From assembly GCF_009914755.1 (NCBI RefSeq), contig NC_060939.1: 64,000 nt of DNA; one strand, given 5' to 3'. The notes below the pieces were generated by a model that saw only the letters and a list, made by a program, of their open reading frames with translations, was not told the origin of the DNA and ran no database searches. The position numbers were made by a program, and so were the translations under genes. Origin of the DNA: the human T2T-CHM13v2.0 reference genome, Homo sapiens. Each line of letters begins with the position of its first letter. Position 1 is the first letter of the stretch. Shown piece after piece: positions 15,545-29,870 of this stretch.

Positions 15545-15665
15545 TGGTAATGATGGGGTCTTGCTATATTGCCTACGCTGGTCTCAAACTCCTGGGCTCA
15601 AGCAGTCCTCCCTCCTCGGCCTCCCAAAGTATCGGGATTATGGGTGTGAGCCACCATGTCCAGCC
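15545..15665 (-). mobile_element. Alu monomer (FLAM/left arm) just upstream of the exon 4 acceptor
   Basis: ggggtcttgctatattgcc...ctcccaaagt...gagccaccatgtccagcc. Confidence 0.8.
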
Positions 15666-15712
15666 TGTTTTGTCCTTTAATTATTGTCTTTGTTAATTTT
15701 TTTTTTTTTTAG

Positions 15713-15866
15713 ATCCTGAGGTGATATCAGACTTGGTATTTTTGAAACAGCCTTCTCCCTTAGTCAGAGTCATTGGTCAGGATGTAGTGTTGCCATGTGT
15801 TGCTTCAGGACTTCCTACTCCAACCATTAAATGGATGAAAAATGAGGAGGCACTTGACACAGAAAG
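15713..15866 (+). CDS. NEO1: Neogenin-1 coding exon (likely exon 4), N-terminal half of Ig-like domain 3; 154 nt, phase 1-2
   Basis: T14-AG acceptor (15697-15712) and donor GTaagt (15867). Translates (D)PEVISDLVFLKQPSPLVRVIGQDVVLPCVASGLPTPTIKWMKNEEALDTE(S). Not in the ORF track; found by reading the sequence. Confidence 0.96.
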
Positions 15867-16245
15867 GTAAGTGTTGTCTGCCTAAAAGCCTTCTTCAGCC
15901 TTAGCTTGAGACTTTGTCATATCCCATTTGGGACTATTGACTAATTTAAAAAGATTATCAACTTTATTTAAACACATCATAATGCTCATATGTCATCCTT
16001 CAAATATGTTCATATGATATATATGATGAGGATATTTAAAGAAAAAGATACTTTCAAAATATTAAGAGATAATTATTCCCTTTGTTCCTGTTGAAGCCGC
16101 AGTGTACTCAGCTTAAGTCTTCAGGATTTTCTTCCCTAAATTGTTGCAAGAGCTTTGGTCCTGAGTAGCCTGAGTCTTCTCACACATTCTCATATGCATT
16201 TTTTTGATAGTAGTTTTTCCACTGCACAATCAGTATGAGAAACTG

Positions 16246-16540
<295 letters not shown>

Positions 16541-16699
16541 GAAACTGTATTCCTCATCCTGTTGTTTTTGCCTTTTGAATCCTATCAGAAATCACAAATT
16601 CTTCATCTTTCACAAAATACCAACCACTTTACTGTCCTTCCTATCTCCTCTCATTACTTCCTTATGCAGTGGGTGCTTTTCTTAGGTGTGTTCTCATAA

Positions 16700-17215
16700 G
16701 AGATGTGGGGTGGTGGTAGGTGGGTATGTTTTTGCTTCCAAAATAATGCTGTCTTGTGCACTGTAGGATGTTTACTGGCATCCCTGCCTTCTACCCATAG
16801 GTGGCAGTAGCACTTCCGCATTGTGACAACCAAAAATGTCCCTGGATACTGTGAGATGGTCCTTGGGAAGCAAAATTGCCCCCAGTTGAGGACCATTGTT
16901 CTACAGCAGTGCTGTTCAATTGAAATATAATGCAAGCCACACATGTAATTTAAAAATGTCTTACAGCCACGTTTTTAAAAAGTAAGAAGTACATGTACAA
17001 TAATAAATATAATAGTAATATTTTATGTGATGTACCAGTTAATGTGAAATGTAGTTCTACCAAAAGAATAAAGTTTATGTTTAGTGGGAAACATTTTAAC
17101 ACAGCTTTAGCTTGTACATTTATTTTAAAATTTCAGAAATTCAGTTCTGCAGTCATACAGGCCACATTTCAGGTAGCCACATGTGACTAGTGGCTATTGA
17201 CTTGGACAGGGCAGA
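16700..17215. mobile_element. Adjacent MER20-like and MER3/MER33-like hAT DNA transposons
   Basis: gtgacaaccaaaaatgtccc...cccagttgaggaccattg (MER20-like), then cagtgctgttcaat...gtggctattgacttggacag (MER3/33-like). Confidence 0.65.
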
Positions 17216-19089
17216 TCTAGAGTTTCCCAGTTGCAAAATCAAAAGTGAACAGACAATTTTAATTTTTATAGTTCAGTATCCAAGACGTAGAAACAGGTAT
17301 CTATCTAGTTATCTGGGTGATCAGCCTTCAGTGATCACTGGGGAAGATGGAATACAATCAGATTGTTCCCCACGTGCTCCATTAGCAAAACATGGCATCC
17401 TCCCCAATATCACCTGATTTCTTTCTCATCATCCATCCACTCACCAACTTCCTGTCTTCACATTTTGCTTCCTCCCTGTCTTTCCACTCCTCTTTCCAGC
17501 TAAATATTACATAAGCAAAGAATTTATAAGACTTCATTTTTTTTTTTTTTTGCCAACTGAAACATAGGGAACCTTAAAATAGTGATAAAAATGTGAAGTT
17601 CTTACAGTAGAAATTTTAATTGGCTACAAGTTAGAACAAAATCTTTATCAGGAGTAGGAAGGCTGAAATATATTATTTAAAAACATATTTTGTCATGAAG
17701 GGACATTCTGAAGATATAAAACTTATATATAATGATTTTTTATGTCAGAAATAAATGTGAGGCTTTCTATGATTCTCATTTGTTCAATAATTACTCAACA
17801 AATATTTACCAAATGCTGGCTATGTCATGCATGTTCTAGGTGCTGGGAATAGAGTAGTGAACCAAATGGAGTTCTTGATCTTACAGAGCTCATAGTCTAG
17901 TGGGAAAGAGTCAGATAATAAGTAAAAATTTAAAAATGTCAGTTTATGGTAAGTGCTATGAAGAAAAGACAAATTATATCAGGAGTGTCAAGAGAAATAG
18001 AGGTAAGATTGCTATTTTATACAACGTGTTAGATAATTGTTCTTTTAGTAGAATGATTCTCAGACTGGGGTCTGAGTGGGCCAGGGTATGCACATCATGA
18101 TAGAAAAGTTTCATATCTTCCTGAAACATCCAATTTTATTCAAAGATATCCTTGGGAGCAGATGATTTTTAACTAAATCAAATGTGAATATATCATGGTT
18201 AATAACACTGCTCTGAATTTTAAGGATAAAGCAGTAGACTTTAAGATTGAGTTAACTTATTTCTGCCTGTAGTTCTCTAGGCTCCTGAATACTCAGATTA
18301 GGTGGCTGAAAAGTCTGAGAAGCACTGCCTTGGTATGTCACTGTCTCAAGAAGCTTCAGAAGAAAATAAGAGCAGGACAGTGTTGGTGGTGTTCACATTG
18401 GTCTTTCCAGACTCTAGCACAGTGCTTGGCCCATAACTGGGGAGGGGAAGTGGTGGCCAATATATTTAGCTTGAATAACCCAAAGTAATGTTGGAAAATA
18501 TAAGTGAATGGAGCACAGGAGTGCTTTTGGTTGGATGTATGTAATTACCCAAAATATCTTTGTTTCTGCTAGAGCCTTATGAGATATGTAGATAGGCCTC
18601 AGCTAATAAATTATTTAGACCCAAAATTAGAAAGAGGCTTAGAAGTTGAAAGAAAAAAGTGGCTAGAAATTCAGATAGTGTTAGGCTGGATCTAGTAAAA
18701 AAAAAAGATCTTAAATAACTAAACATCCTTCTTTATTACTCATCTTAAGACTTCTTTGAAAGTGAACTTAAGAACATTTCCATGGCTTTTATAAATGTCC
18801 AAAAATTGATCTATATATTTAACCTTTGATCAAATTTGTTCAGATTTACAATAATCATCGCTAATGAAAGAGGGGGGTGGAAATGGATCCCATTCACTAA
18901 GTAGTTTTATTTTAAAGGGAGAGAATCTGGAAAATATAAATGCTAGTGTTCAAGGTGATTGACAGAAAAATGTAATTTAGTAGTCAAATAATGTTATCTT
19001 TTAATGGAATGATAGATCTGAACCCCACTGCAAGGGAACAGGTTAAAATGCTTGATATTATTACAATTGACAGTAGTAGAAAAATAAGA

Positions 19090-20645
19090 TTATTTAAAAA
19101 GTAAATGGAAGACTTCCACTTCTGGGAAAATTGAGTAGATATATTTTTCCCTATTCCTTTTGCTAAATACACCTAAAAACCCTGGATGTTACATGTGAAA
19201 CAAACATAAGAAGACTCTGAAAGGTAGAGAGAGAAAGACTGAGATTGAGTAGCTAGGGAGCTTGAGACCCAAGGAACAGCATAATTGTTAGTTCTTTTTT
19301 TTCTTTCTTGAGACAGAGTCTCGCTCTGTTACCCAGGCTGGAGTGTGGTGGCGTGATCTCAGTTCACTGCAGCCTCCGCCTCCCAGGATCAAATGAGTAG
19401 CTGGGATTATAGGCATGTGTCACCACTGCCAGCTAATTTTTGTATTTTTCATAGAGACGGGGTTTCACCATGTTGGCCAGGCTGGTCTCAAACTCCTGGC
19501 CTCAAGTGATCCACCAATCTTGGCCTCCCAAAATGCTGGGATTACAGATGTGCGTTACTGTGCCCAGCCAACTTGGTGGTTAGTTCTGTGGGCTCAGTTT
19601 CCCGCCCCCCCCCGCCGCATAAGACCCTTTCAGGAACCTGGGCTGTGTTTTGCCTCATATATCCCAGACTTGGAGCTAAAGAAGCTAGCAACCTGGAAAT
19701 CCTACTAGGCACAAACAAAAAAAGCCTCAACAGAAGGTGCTCTCTAGCCAAAGGGGCAGGAAAAGAGCATCTCAGCAAGACAAAAGCTGTTAGACTGTAC
19801 TTTCTCCTACTCCAGTCAAACACCGCAGAAGAAACTGTGGCCCCACCCTACCATGCCAGTCAAAGACCATGCCAGGAGCCTAGACTTCCACCCTTCCCAG
19901 GTTGTAGTGAAGCATCTCAGCCTCCTTGCTAAGTGGTGTCAAAGTTGGAGTAGGGAGCCAAGACTTTTATCCTAGCCGGGCAGTAATGAGGCCCCTCCCA
20001 TGTAAGTAGAGAACAAATGGAGAGCCTCCACTTTCACCCCATCCAGCCATAAGAGGCAACCCTTCCCTTCACACTGGGGTGGTATCAAAGGAGGCCCAGC
20101 GGAGAGTCAAAGCTTTACCATCATGTAGTAGCAAGGCTCGCTTCATGGTGTCAACACCATGTGACCATGTGGGGGAACAATAATGAGACAATCCTACCCC
20201 TTCTACCCAGGGAGGCATCAGTGGAGGCCTAGTGGGGAGCTGGAACTCCCAACCCTGCTAAGAAGCAATGAGGAAACCCCTCCCCACTTACATGTTAATG
20301 GAGGCTGAGTGGGAAACCTGAACTACCCCCACCTGACAGTAATGAGACAGCATCCCCCCACACACACCCACTTTCTCTGCTAGAGTGGTGTTAGAAGAAG
20401 AGAGCTAAAACAGAAGGATTAAATAAGATCCAGAGTGTCATAACATAGTACCTAAAATATCCAGGTTTCAGTTGAATGTAATGCATCATGCCAAGAACCA
20501 GGAAAATCTCAACTGAAAGGAGAAAAGACAGTGACAGAGATTTTAGAATTACCTGACAAAGATTGTAAAGCAGTCATCATAGCATCACTTCAGTGAGCAA
20601 TTATAAACACATTTGAAGCAAATGAAAAAGTAGAAATCTCAACGA
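19090..20645 (+). mobile_element. Old L1 5'UTR/ORF1-start fragment containing an antisense Alu (19294-19569)
   Basis: gacttccacttctggg start and degenerate GC-richer repeats typical of L1M 5' ends. The inserted Alu has a small internal deletion and TSD gttagttct. Confidence 0.55.
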
Positions 20646-21709
20646 AGAAAGAGGTCTCCTCAGTGCAGGTTTGAAAAAATTTACCTCTCTTTCAAATAAC
20701 AACAAATACAAAACTAAATTAAACAGTTTTCTTTTTTGCTTTTCTCTTCATTCTTACCACCCTAAAGAAGTTGTCTTTAACATCTGTTTTCTTCTCCGTT
20801 TCTTTATCTGATGTATCTGCAAGATTTTACCTTCTACATGTCTTTGGAATCCATCCATGAAGGCACCATGTGCCTTATTCTAAGTTACAGTCGGTGCAGT
20901 GGCCTCCTAATTGTTCTTCCTACTTGTACTCTGGCCTCATTCCAAATACACCTTCACACTCCTGCCAGAGCAGTCTTTTCAAAGCTCTTATTTTACCACA
21001 GCACTCTCAACCCCCTACCCACTTTTAAAAATGTTTAATGGATTTCCGTTGTTCTTAGGTTAAGGACCCAAATTCTTAAAATGGTTTTCAAAGCCTTATG
21101 CAGTCTGGCTCCATCCTCATCCTCCTCTATTTTCTTACACTTTGCCACACTGATTTCTTTTAGATCCCCAAACCACTGTGATCCTTTCTGCCACAATTAA
21201 TTTGCATGTGCTAGTCTATCTTTCTGAAATATTTTTCGCACCTCATTATTTAGTTAGCTTCTACTCATTCTTCAGATCTCAGCTTAAGGGTTACTTTGTC
21301 AGGAAAATCTCTCCTCATCCCTAATTTCCTGGCAGGTTCTTTTGCTATACCATTTTGTAGAGTTATCTTCTATGTCTGTGTTTCCCACTTGAGATGCATG
21401 ACAGCACTGATTGTGTTTTTGCTCAGTGCTATATCCCCAGCTGCTACCTGACACATATAGACAAACCAATTAATATTTGTTAAATGAATGAGTAAATCTC
21501 TCTCCTTAACTTCTTTATCCAACTTTTTAAGAGTAGTCAATACTTTTTTGCTTTCTTTTTGTCCCTATTGTTACGGCCATAATCTTTTGCTCTTTAATTC
21601 TGGACCATTGTAATTATATAATCAAACTTCTGCTTTAGTGTTTTCCCATCCTTTTTTTGTTTCTTCACGAAGTCTGAGTGTGTCATTACTCTGCTCAAAA
21701 GCCTTTCCC

Positions 21710-22857
21710 TAAGACCTGAAACCATAAAAATTCTAGAAGATAACATTCAAAAAACTCTTCTAGACATTGGCTTAGGCAAAGACTTCATGACCCTGAATGC
21801 AAAAGCAAACACAAGAAAAACAAAGATAAATAGATGGGACTTAATTTAAAAAGCTTCCACACAGCAAAAGAAATAATCAGTAGAGTAAACAGACAACCCA
21901 GAGCTCGGGAGAAAAGCTTCACAATCTATACATCCGACAAAGGACTAATATCCAGAAGCTAGAAGGAACTCAAACAAATCAGTGAGAAAAACAAGCAATC
22001 CCATCAAAAAGTGGGCTAAGGACATGAATAGACAATTCTCAAAAGAAGATATACAAATGGCCAACAAACATGAAAAAATGCTCAACATCATTAATTATGA
22101 GGGAAATGCAAATCAAAACCGCAGTGCAAAACCACCTTCCTCCTGCAAGAATGGCCATAATCAAAAAATCAAAAGTAATAGATGTTGATGTGGATATGGT
22201 GAAAAGGGAACACTTTTACACTGCTGGTGGGAATGTAAGCTAGTACAACCACTATGGAAAACAGTGTGGAGATTCCATAAAGAACTAAAAGTAGATCTAT
22301 CATTCGATCCAGCAATCCCGTTCCTGTATCTATAATGAGGAATAGAAGTCATTATACAAAAAAGATAACTTGCACATGCATGTTTATAGCAGCACAATTT
22401 GCAATTGCAAAAATATGGAACCAGCCCAAATGCCCATCAGTTGATGAGTGAATAAAGAAATTGTGGTATGTATATATATATATACGTATATATATATACA
22501 CATACTACTCAGCAATAAAAAGGAATGAAATAACACCATTCACAGCAACCTGGATTGAATGGGAGACCATTATTCTAAGTGAAATAACTCAGGAATGGAA
22601 AACCAAACATCCTATGTTCTCACTCATAAGTGGGAGCTAAGCTATGAAGATGCAAAGGCATAAGAATGGTACAGTGGACTTTGGGGACTTGGAGGAAAGG
22701 GTGGGAGGCGGGTGAGGGATAAAAAGCTACATGTTGGGTGCAGTGTACACTGTTTGGGTGATGGGTGCACCAAAATCTGAGAAATCACCACTAAATAACT
22801 TTTTCATGTAACCAAACGCAACCTGTTCCCTAAAAGCCTATTGAAATAATTTTTTTG
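21710..22857 (+). mobile_element. 5'-truncated L1PB-like element (ORF2 3' part + 3'UTR), sense to NEO1
   Basis: aagacctgaaaccataaaaattctagaag...; the 21982 [28 protein letters not shown] is L1 ORF2. TSD aaagcctttcc (21698-21708 / 22858-22868). Confidence 0.9.
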
Positions 22858-23853
22858 AAAGCCTTTCCGCTTGGTCAAAAAATAAAAGTTCTCCTTAGCA
22901 CTCCAAGCTTTTCCAGACTGACCCTAGGCTACTCAGGGATACCTTATGCCCAGCAATACTGAATTTACTTGAGTCCATTGGCTGTATATATTTTTTCACA
23001 TTGTTTTTTTTCTTTGCCTGCATCTTTGAATTTTGGAGTTCTAAAGGCTCGATGGTCTTTTTACTGTGAGCCATGAACTAATTGAATGAATTAATTCTGC
23101 CAAGCAAATGGACATTATTTCTCCCAGCCTTTTTTTAAAGGGAGTAAAATCAATCCCGTTAAGAAAGACTGACTGCTATGCTACTGGTACTCACATATGC
23201 CAAATATCAGGCACATCAAGTATCAACAATATTTTTTAGTGTAATTATTAGATGTAAATTACTGTATCTCGCTTTCAAAAATGACAACTAGTGTTTCAAA
23301 TTATGTTCATCTCAGCTGGGTATCATATGTATACATTGCTGATTTCTCATTTGATGAACATTAAGTTTTTTGTTTCTGAAACTTAGTAGTAAATTTTATC
23401 CAGGTATAAAATGTAGGATTTTAATTTTTGTAAATTTTTCTTATTTTGTGAGGCACCAAAGACCCGTCTTATCTCTCCATTTATTTTATCCCAGTCATTC
23501 CTGCTCTATTCCATTATATAATATCTTACTTCTGTGTTTCATCAGGTAAACCTGGGATTTAAGGGTGTTATTAAGACATTTCTGATAGGAAGGTTGCTTG
23601 ATAAAGGTTAGTCATGACCTTGCAGGGTCGTATTTCTTGGAGAAGTCACCAAATCTGATTCTGGCTTTCAGCTTTCTGTGTCCAGAAACTTAATCAAGTT
23701 TATCAGATTCAGGAAGACTGATTACCTAGACTTTACAATGTAATGAAATTTAAGCCAGACTAGCACTTTATTTATTTAGAATGAGAATTATAAATGTGGC
23801 CAAGACTGTATAGTCATTTCCTCTGATTTTTTTTTTAATCCTATAAGGAATTC

Positions 23854-24112
23854 TTTTTTTTTTTTGAGATGGAGTCTTGCTCTGTTGCCCAAGCTGGAGT
23901 GCAATGGCGTGATCTTGGCTTACTGCAACCTCCGCTTCCCGGGTTCAAGCGATTCTCCTGCCTCAGCCTCCGTGTAGCTGGGATTACAGGCATGCACCAC
24001 CACGCCTGGCTAATTTTTGTATTTTTAGTAGAGATGGGGTTTCTCCTGTAATCCCAGCACTTTGGGAGGCCGGGGCGGGTGGATCACCTGGGGTCAGGAG
24101 TTTGAGGCCAGC
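23854..24112 (-). mobile_element. AluS (Sp/Sq-like) with inverted 5' segment
   Basis: Antisense 3' part (23854-24045) joined to a sense left-arm fragment (24045-24113); 15-bp perfect TSD cctataaggaattct. Confidence 0.9.
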
Positions 24113-25187
24113 CTATAAGGAATTCTATATGAAAAGCCAAATTATAATCAGAACGTTTTTTAATTGATCCATGGACACAGACTAGAAATGTAACAGTATT
24201 AAGATTTGGAAGAAAAGTCCAGCCTGTGAAAACCAGTTTAGATGTGGAACTTCAAAATAAAAATGTATGTATACATTTATTATTGTGTTTGGTACTGTAT
24301 TTTGAATTTATGTCATCTCTGAAAGTGACTTTTAAAGTGGCAGCTTTAATTAGGTACTTGTCCCTAGAATTAACTGCATCTCTTGCCCTATGTCAGGTAC
24401 CTTTATATGTCTGATTTTGTTAGTAACTCTCCAAATTAACTAAACTTGTTCACTTTATACAAATTTGATCAGAGTATTGATTGTTCTTCAATGTTATAGG
24501 ATTATTTTCTTTTCTCTTTAAATCGGCTTAAATAACTCTGTAGAGTTGGCCAGTATTCATCAACATCCTGGTTGATAATGGCATGATGGTGACTGATTTG
24601 TGCCCAGCTACCACACCCAGGGAGCTGCTCTCTGGCAACCATTCTCTCTTTCTTCCCTTCCTCTTTTCCTCTCTCTCCTAGATAAGCTACCATAGGGAAA
24701 CTTTCAGTAGGCACTGTGACCCCATGACTTACTGTTTCGGATCTAACATTTTGCCCTCTTTATGTTTTCTTTCTGTTATTAATCTCAGTGTGGCATAGCT
24801 GTGGTGGTGTAACTAACTCTCAGATTGATTCCAGACTTCAAAATTACATAATTTGGAAAAAAACTGGCCAGAATAGGGAGACAGGGATGGGCTGAAGGAA
24901 GTGAAATTGGTTCCAAGAGTGATACCCCTTTGGAAATAACTAGAAGTGTCAGGGATAATTCATTGTAACATTTGATTTGCATTTGTGATATTTATGCATG
25001 TAAAATATGAGCAAAGCAAATTGGACTAAATTAAATTCTGGTAATTTTATATTAGTCTTGGTTCATCTATAGCTATATAAATAATAATACTCTTTAAGTG
25101 TTTTCTCTATTTTATGTGGAGAGTTTTTCAGGTATTATTTTCCTAGTACTGAAATGTATCTTTTTTTTTTTTTTTTTTTTAACACAG

Positions 25188-25324
25188 CTCTGAAAGATTG
25201 GTATTGCTGGCAGGTGGTAGCCTGGAGATCAGTGATGTTACTGAGGATGATGCTGGGACTTATTTTTGTATAGCTGATAATGGAAATGAGACAATTGAAG
25301 CTCAAGCAGAGCTTACAGTGCAAG
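25188..25324 (+). CDS. NEO1: Neogenin-1 coding exon (likely exon 5), C-terminal half of Ig-like domain 3; 137 nt, phase 2-1
   Basis: T20-aacacAG acceptor and donor GTatgt (25325). Translates (S)[45 protein letters not shown], completing the DxGxYxC motif; phase matches the preceding exon. Confidence 0.96.
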
Positions 25325-25419
25325 GTATGTAAATATTTACTGTATAATTTAAAAATCCTGTGTACTTTCTGGGTCTGCTAATTTTTAAGAAATATTAACA
25401 TGGGCGAGGCAATACAGCA

Positions 25420-25701
25420 AAACAATTAAAAGCATAACTCCTAGACCAGACTGCTTGGGTTTAAATTCTAAATCTTATATTTCCTAGATATATGACTATA
25501 GGAAACTTATTTAATTTCTCTCAACCTCATTTTCCTCAGCTGTAAAATGGAAATAATAAGAATATTTACCTTATTGGGATGATTTGAGGGTTAAAAGAGC
25601 TAATACTTATAAAACCCCTGGAATAGTGACTAGGATATTGTGAAAGCTCAATGTTAGTTATTGTTGTTATTATTTGTAGTGGTGGTGGTGGTGGTGGTGG
25701 T
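25420..25701. mobile_element. MIR followed by (GGT)n
   Basis: ctcattttcctcagctgtaaaatggaaataataag is the MIR core; ggt repeat at 25680-25701. Confidence 0.7.
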
Positions 25702-26692
25702 GACAGGAAGGGTATGATCTGGGGCATCTGGAAGATTCACTTTTCTTGTCTCAGGATGTTTTCTGATGAAGACGTCTCTGTTCTGTGACCCCGAATTATT
25801 TCTCTCCTCTCTGTTGGTGTCCTTTTCTTTTGGGTGAACAGATCACCCAGGAAGGAGTACACTGTGCCTCTCAATATAACTTGGTTTGATGATTTGGTGT
25901 TTATTTTCCTCTCTTCATACTTCTGATAATCACTGCAAGGGTAGTTGTTCTTCCTTTTTCTCCTACTCTTCCCTTTTCCCCTTATAGGTTCTTTGATTCA
26001 GACGTCAGAAAATAAAGATGGCATGACTACATAGTCTTGTTTTTATCCCCATTTCCTGTGCCATTCCTCCATATGGAAATGTACCCTCAAGTGCTGGCTA
26101 GAGGTGACTAAAGTGACCAAAGGTCACTTTTCTACCTCTTCTTCCCACCCCCTCAAAACTCCCAGATTGGTAGCTTTCAACCTAGGAAGACTGCTCCCAG
26201 TGCTGTTTCTCCCTAAGAGTTAGGAGTGCTGTTTCACTCCTAAGAATGAAACTCTGACCGGGACTGTTGCCTGAGGAATGCCCCACAAATTGGAGTAAAT
26301 CATAGTGGTTCTGAGGTTCCTGGGGTTCTTTGCTCGGGGCCTCAGCCTCCTCTTTTCTTAAGTTCACCATTTAGATACAATTAAGACCTGGCCTTTAGTG
26401 CTTTCACAAACATATATATTACCAGAGTGGTTGGTACCCTTGATGCACGTTAGTTTATAGCCAAGCTGAACACCTGAATAATACAATTACTCTCAGATTG
26501 GCAACCAAGTGAATAATGTATGCTATCTCATAGATAATTACTGGAAAAGACTGACCAAGAATTAAAAATAACCATAAATATATTTAAGGAGATAAGAAAA
26601 ATATTTGCAATATGATGCAAAAACAAGAAAATATAAACACAGAACCAAATAGAAATATTAAGAATGAAAAATATACTAAAAATAAAGAATAA

Positions 26693-27093
<401 letters not shown>

Positions 27094-27771
27094 AGAGAAA
27101 GGTATAACATTGATGAGCAAACTCATTAATTGGAAGATTACATTGAGGAATTCTCTGAGAATGCAGCATTATATGATAAAGAAAGATAACACATGGAGTA
27201 AAATCTAAGAGATACGATAGGTATAGGTAGAAGGACTATCTAGATAAATAGGTGTCTTAGAGGAGAGAAAGGAAGAGGGAAATATTTGAAGAAATAATTA
27301 AGATAAATTTTTCAGAATTAGACTTGTAGAACACCTTAGACTAAAAGGACTAGTAGACTGTTAAATAGGTGAAAGAAGGAAAAACCCACCTTGAGGCCCA
27401 TTTACAGTAACATACAATAATGTATAATTATATATACAGTAACGTATAATATCAAAGACAAAAAAATTCTAAAAGCTTCCAGTGACAAAGAGCAGATCAC
27501 CTACAAAAGAAAAAGATTGGATTGTACCTAAGTGTTGATTTGAGAAATCTGGTATCGGGAGGACAATAGCGTAATCTTTTTAAGGTGTTAAAAGATGTTG
27601 AATACACACAATTTATATGCATCCAAAATGTGAGACATAATAAAAATTATCACACAAGATCTCTGAAGGTTTGCTGCACAAAGATACGTTGAAAACACTT
27701 TTGGAATAAATACTCAGTAAAAGATATACCTGGGAAATACTGCAAGAGCCTTTTAAAACAAAGGGGGAGTT

Positions 27772-28147
<376 letters not shown>

Positions 28148-28319
28148 TTATGTCCGTTGCTCTTGAATCTAGGCAGGCTTGGAGCTATTTGGATCAATAG
28201 AGTATGGCAGAAGTCATATGTGACTTCCGAGGCTTATAAAAAGCTGTGCATTGGTTGTCATACTTGGAGAGAATTTTTTTAAAAGGAAAAAAAGAAAAAG
28301 CAGTGCGGATTTTTCCTGG

Positions 28320-28720
28320 CTCTCTCGATGCTAAGAATATACAATGGGGAAAGCATAGTCTCTTCAGTAGATGGTCCTGGAAAAACTGGATAGCCACATG
28401 TGGGAGAATGAAATCAGATCCTTATCTCATATATGTAAATCACATATACACCATACACAAAAATCAACCCAAAATGGATTAAACACTTAAACATAAGACC
28501 TGAACTGTAAAACTACTAAAAGAAAAGAGGGGAAAAGCTTATTGACGTTGGTCTTGGCAAAGACCAACGTTTTTTTGGATATGACCCCAGAAAACACAGG
28601 CAACGAAAGCAAAAATAGATAAATTGGATTGCATTGAACTGAGACGCTCCTGCCAGTAATGGAAACAATCAACAGTGAAGAGACAACCTATGGAATGGGA
28701 GAAAATATTTGCAAACCAAT
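28320..28720 (+). mobile_element. L1 ORF2 fragment (old)
   Basis: ORF 28246 contains KNIQWGKHSLFSRWSWKNWIATCGRMKSDPYL, a degenerate L1 ORF2 motif. Confidence 0.75.
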
Positions 28721-28890
28721 GAAAACAGAAGAAGAAAATGATAACAAGAGCAAAAATTAATGAAATAAAAAAACAAACATTCAAAACAGAGAATGTCAGC
28801 AAAGCCAAAAGTTGGTTCTTTGTAATGCATAACAATATTGATAAATCCCTGGGAAGACATACATTACTTGACAGAGATCTTTATCTAGAC

Positions 28891-29223
28891 CCGGGGTTGG
28901 CAGAGTACAGCTTGTGGGCTAAATCTTCCTGACTGCTTGTTTTTGTACAGCTTGTAAGCTAAAAATAGTTTATATATTTTTAAATAGTTGAAAAATATCA
29001 GAAGAATAATATTTTGTGATACATGAAAACTTTATGAGATTTCAAAATTTATTGTTCATGCAGTCTTACTGGCATACTGCCACACTCATTCATTTATGTA
29101 TTGCCTATGGCTGCTTTCATGCCACTACACAGGAGTTGAGTAGTTGTGACAGAGACCATATGGCTCACAAAGCCTAAAATATTTACTGTCTGGCTCTTTA
29201 CAGAAAAAGTTTGCCAATCCCTG
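28891..29223. mobile_element. MER58B-like hAT DNA transposon
   Basis: Ends ccggggttggca / tgccaatccctg; internal sequence like MER58B. Confidence 0.7.
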
Positions 29224-29570
29224 ATGTAGGTTTTACAAAGAACTCCTACAGATCAGTAAGATAAACAAAGACAGAAACCAATAGAAAATGGGCAAAAGAC
29301 TTGAACATCGACCTGGAAGAAGATGTCTAGCTAGCTATTAATATTTGAAAAAGTGGTTGTCGTTATTAGTCTTCAGAGAAATGCAAATAAAAACCATAGT
29401 GGGATATCACTGTATTCCACTATAATGGCTAAAGTTGAAAAGCTCAACAAATACCAGACATTGGTTAGGATGAAAACCACTGGGGACTCTAATGTACTGT
29501 TGACAGGAGTATACACTGACACAATCACTTTAAAATTCTGCTTGGCAGAATCTATTAAAAACTGTGCACT

Positions 29571-29870
29571 GGCTAGGCGCAGTGACTCATGCCTGTAATC
29601 CCAGCACTTTGAGAGGCTGAGGCAGGAGGATCACTTGAGGCCAGGATTTGAAGACCAGCCTGGGCAGCATAGTGAGACCCTATATCTACAAAAAATGAAA
29701 AAATTAGCTAGGCATAGTGGCACACACCTGTATTTCCAGCTACTCAGGAGACTGAAGCAGGAGGATTGCTTGAGCTAAGGAATTTGAGGTTACAGTGAAC
29801 TACGATTGTGCCGCTGCATTCCAGTCTGGGTGACAAAGCAAAACCATCTCTAAAAAATAAAAACTTAAAA
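29571..29870 (+). mobile_element. AluJ within an old L1ME fragment
   Basis: Sense AluJ; TSD aaaaactgtgcac / aaaaactgtacac. Confidence 0.88.
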
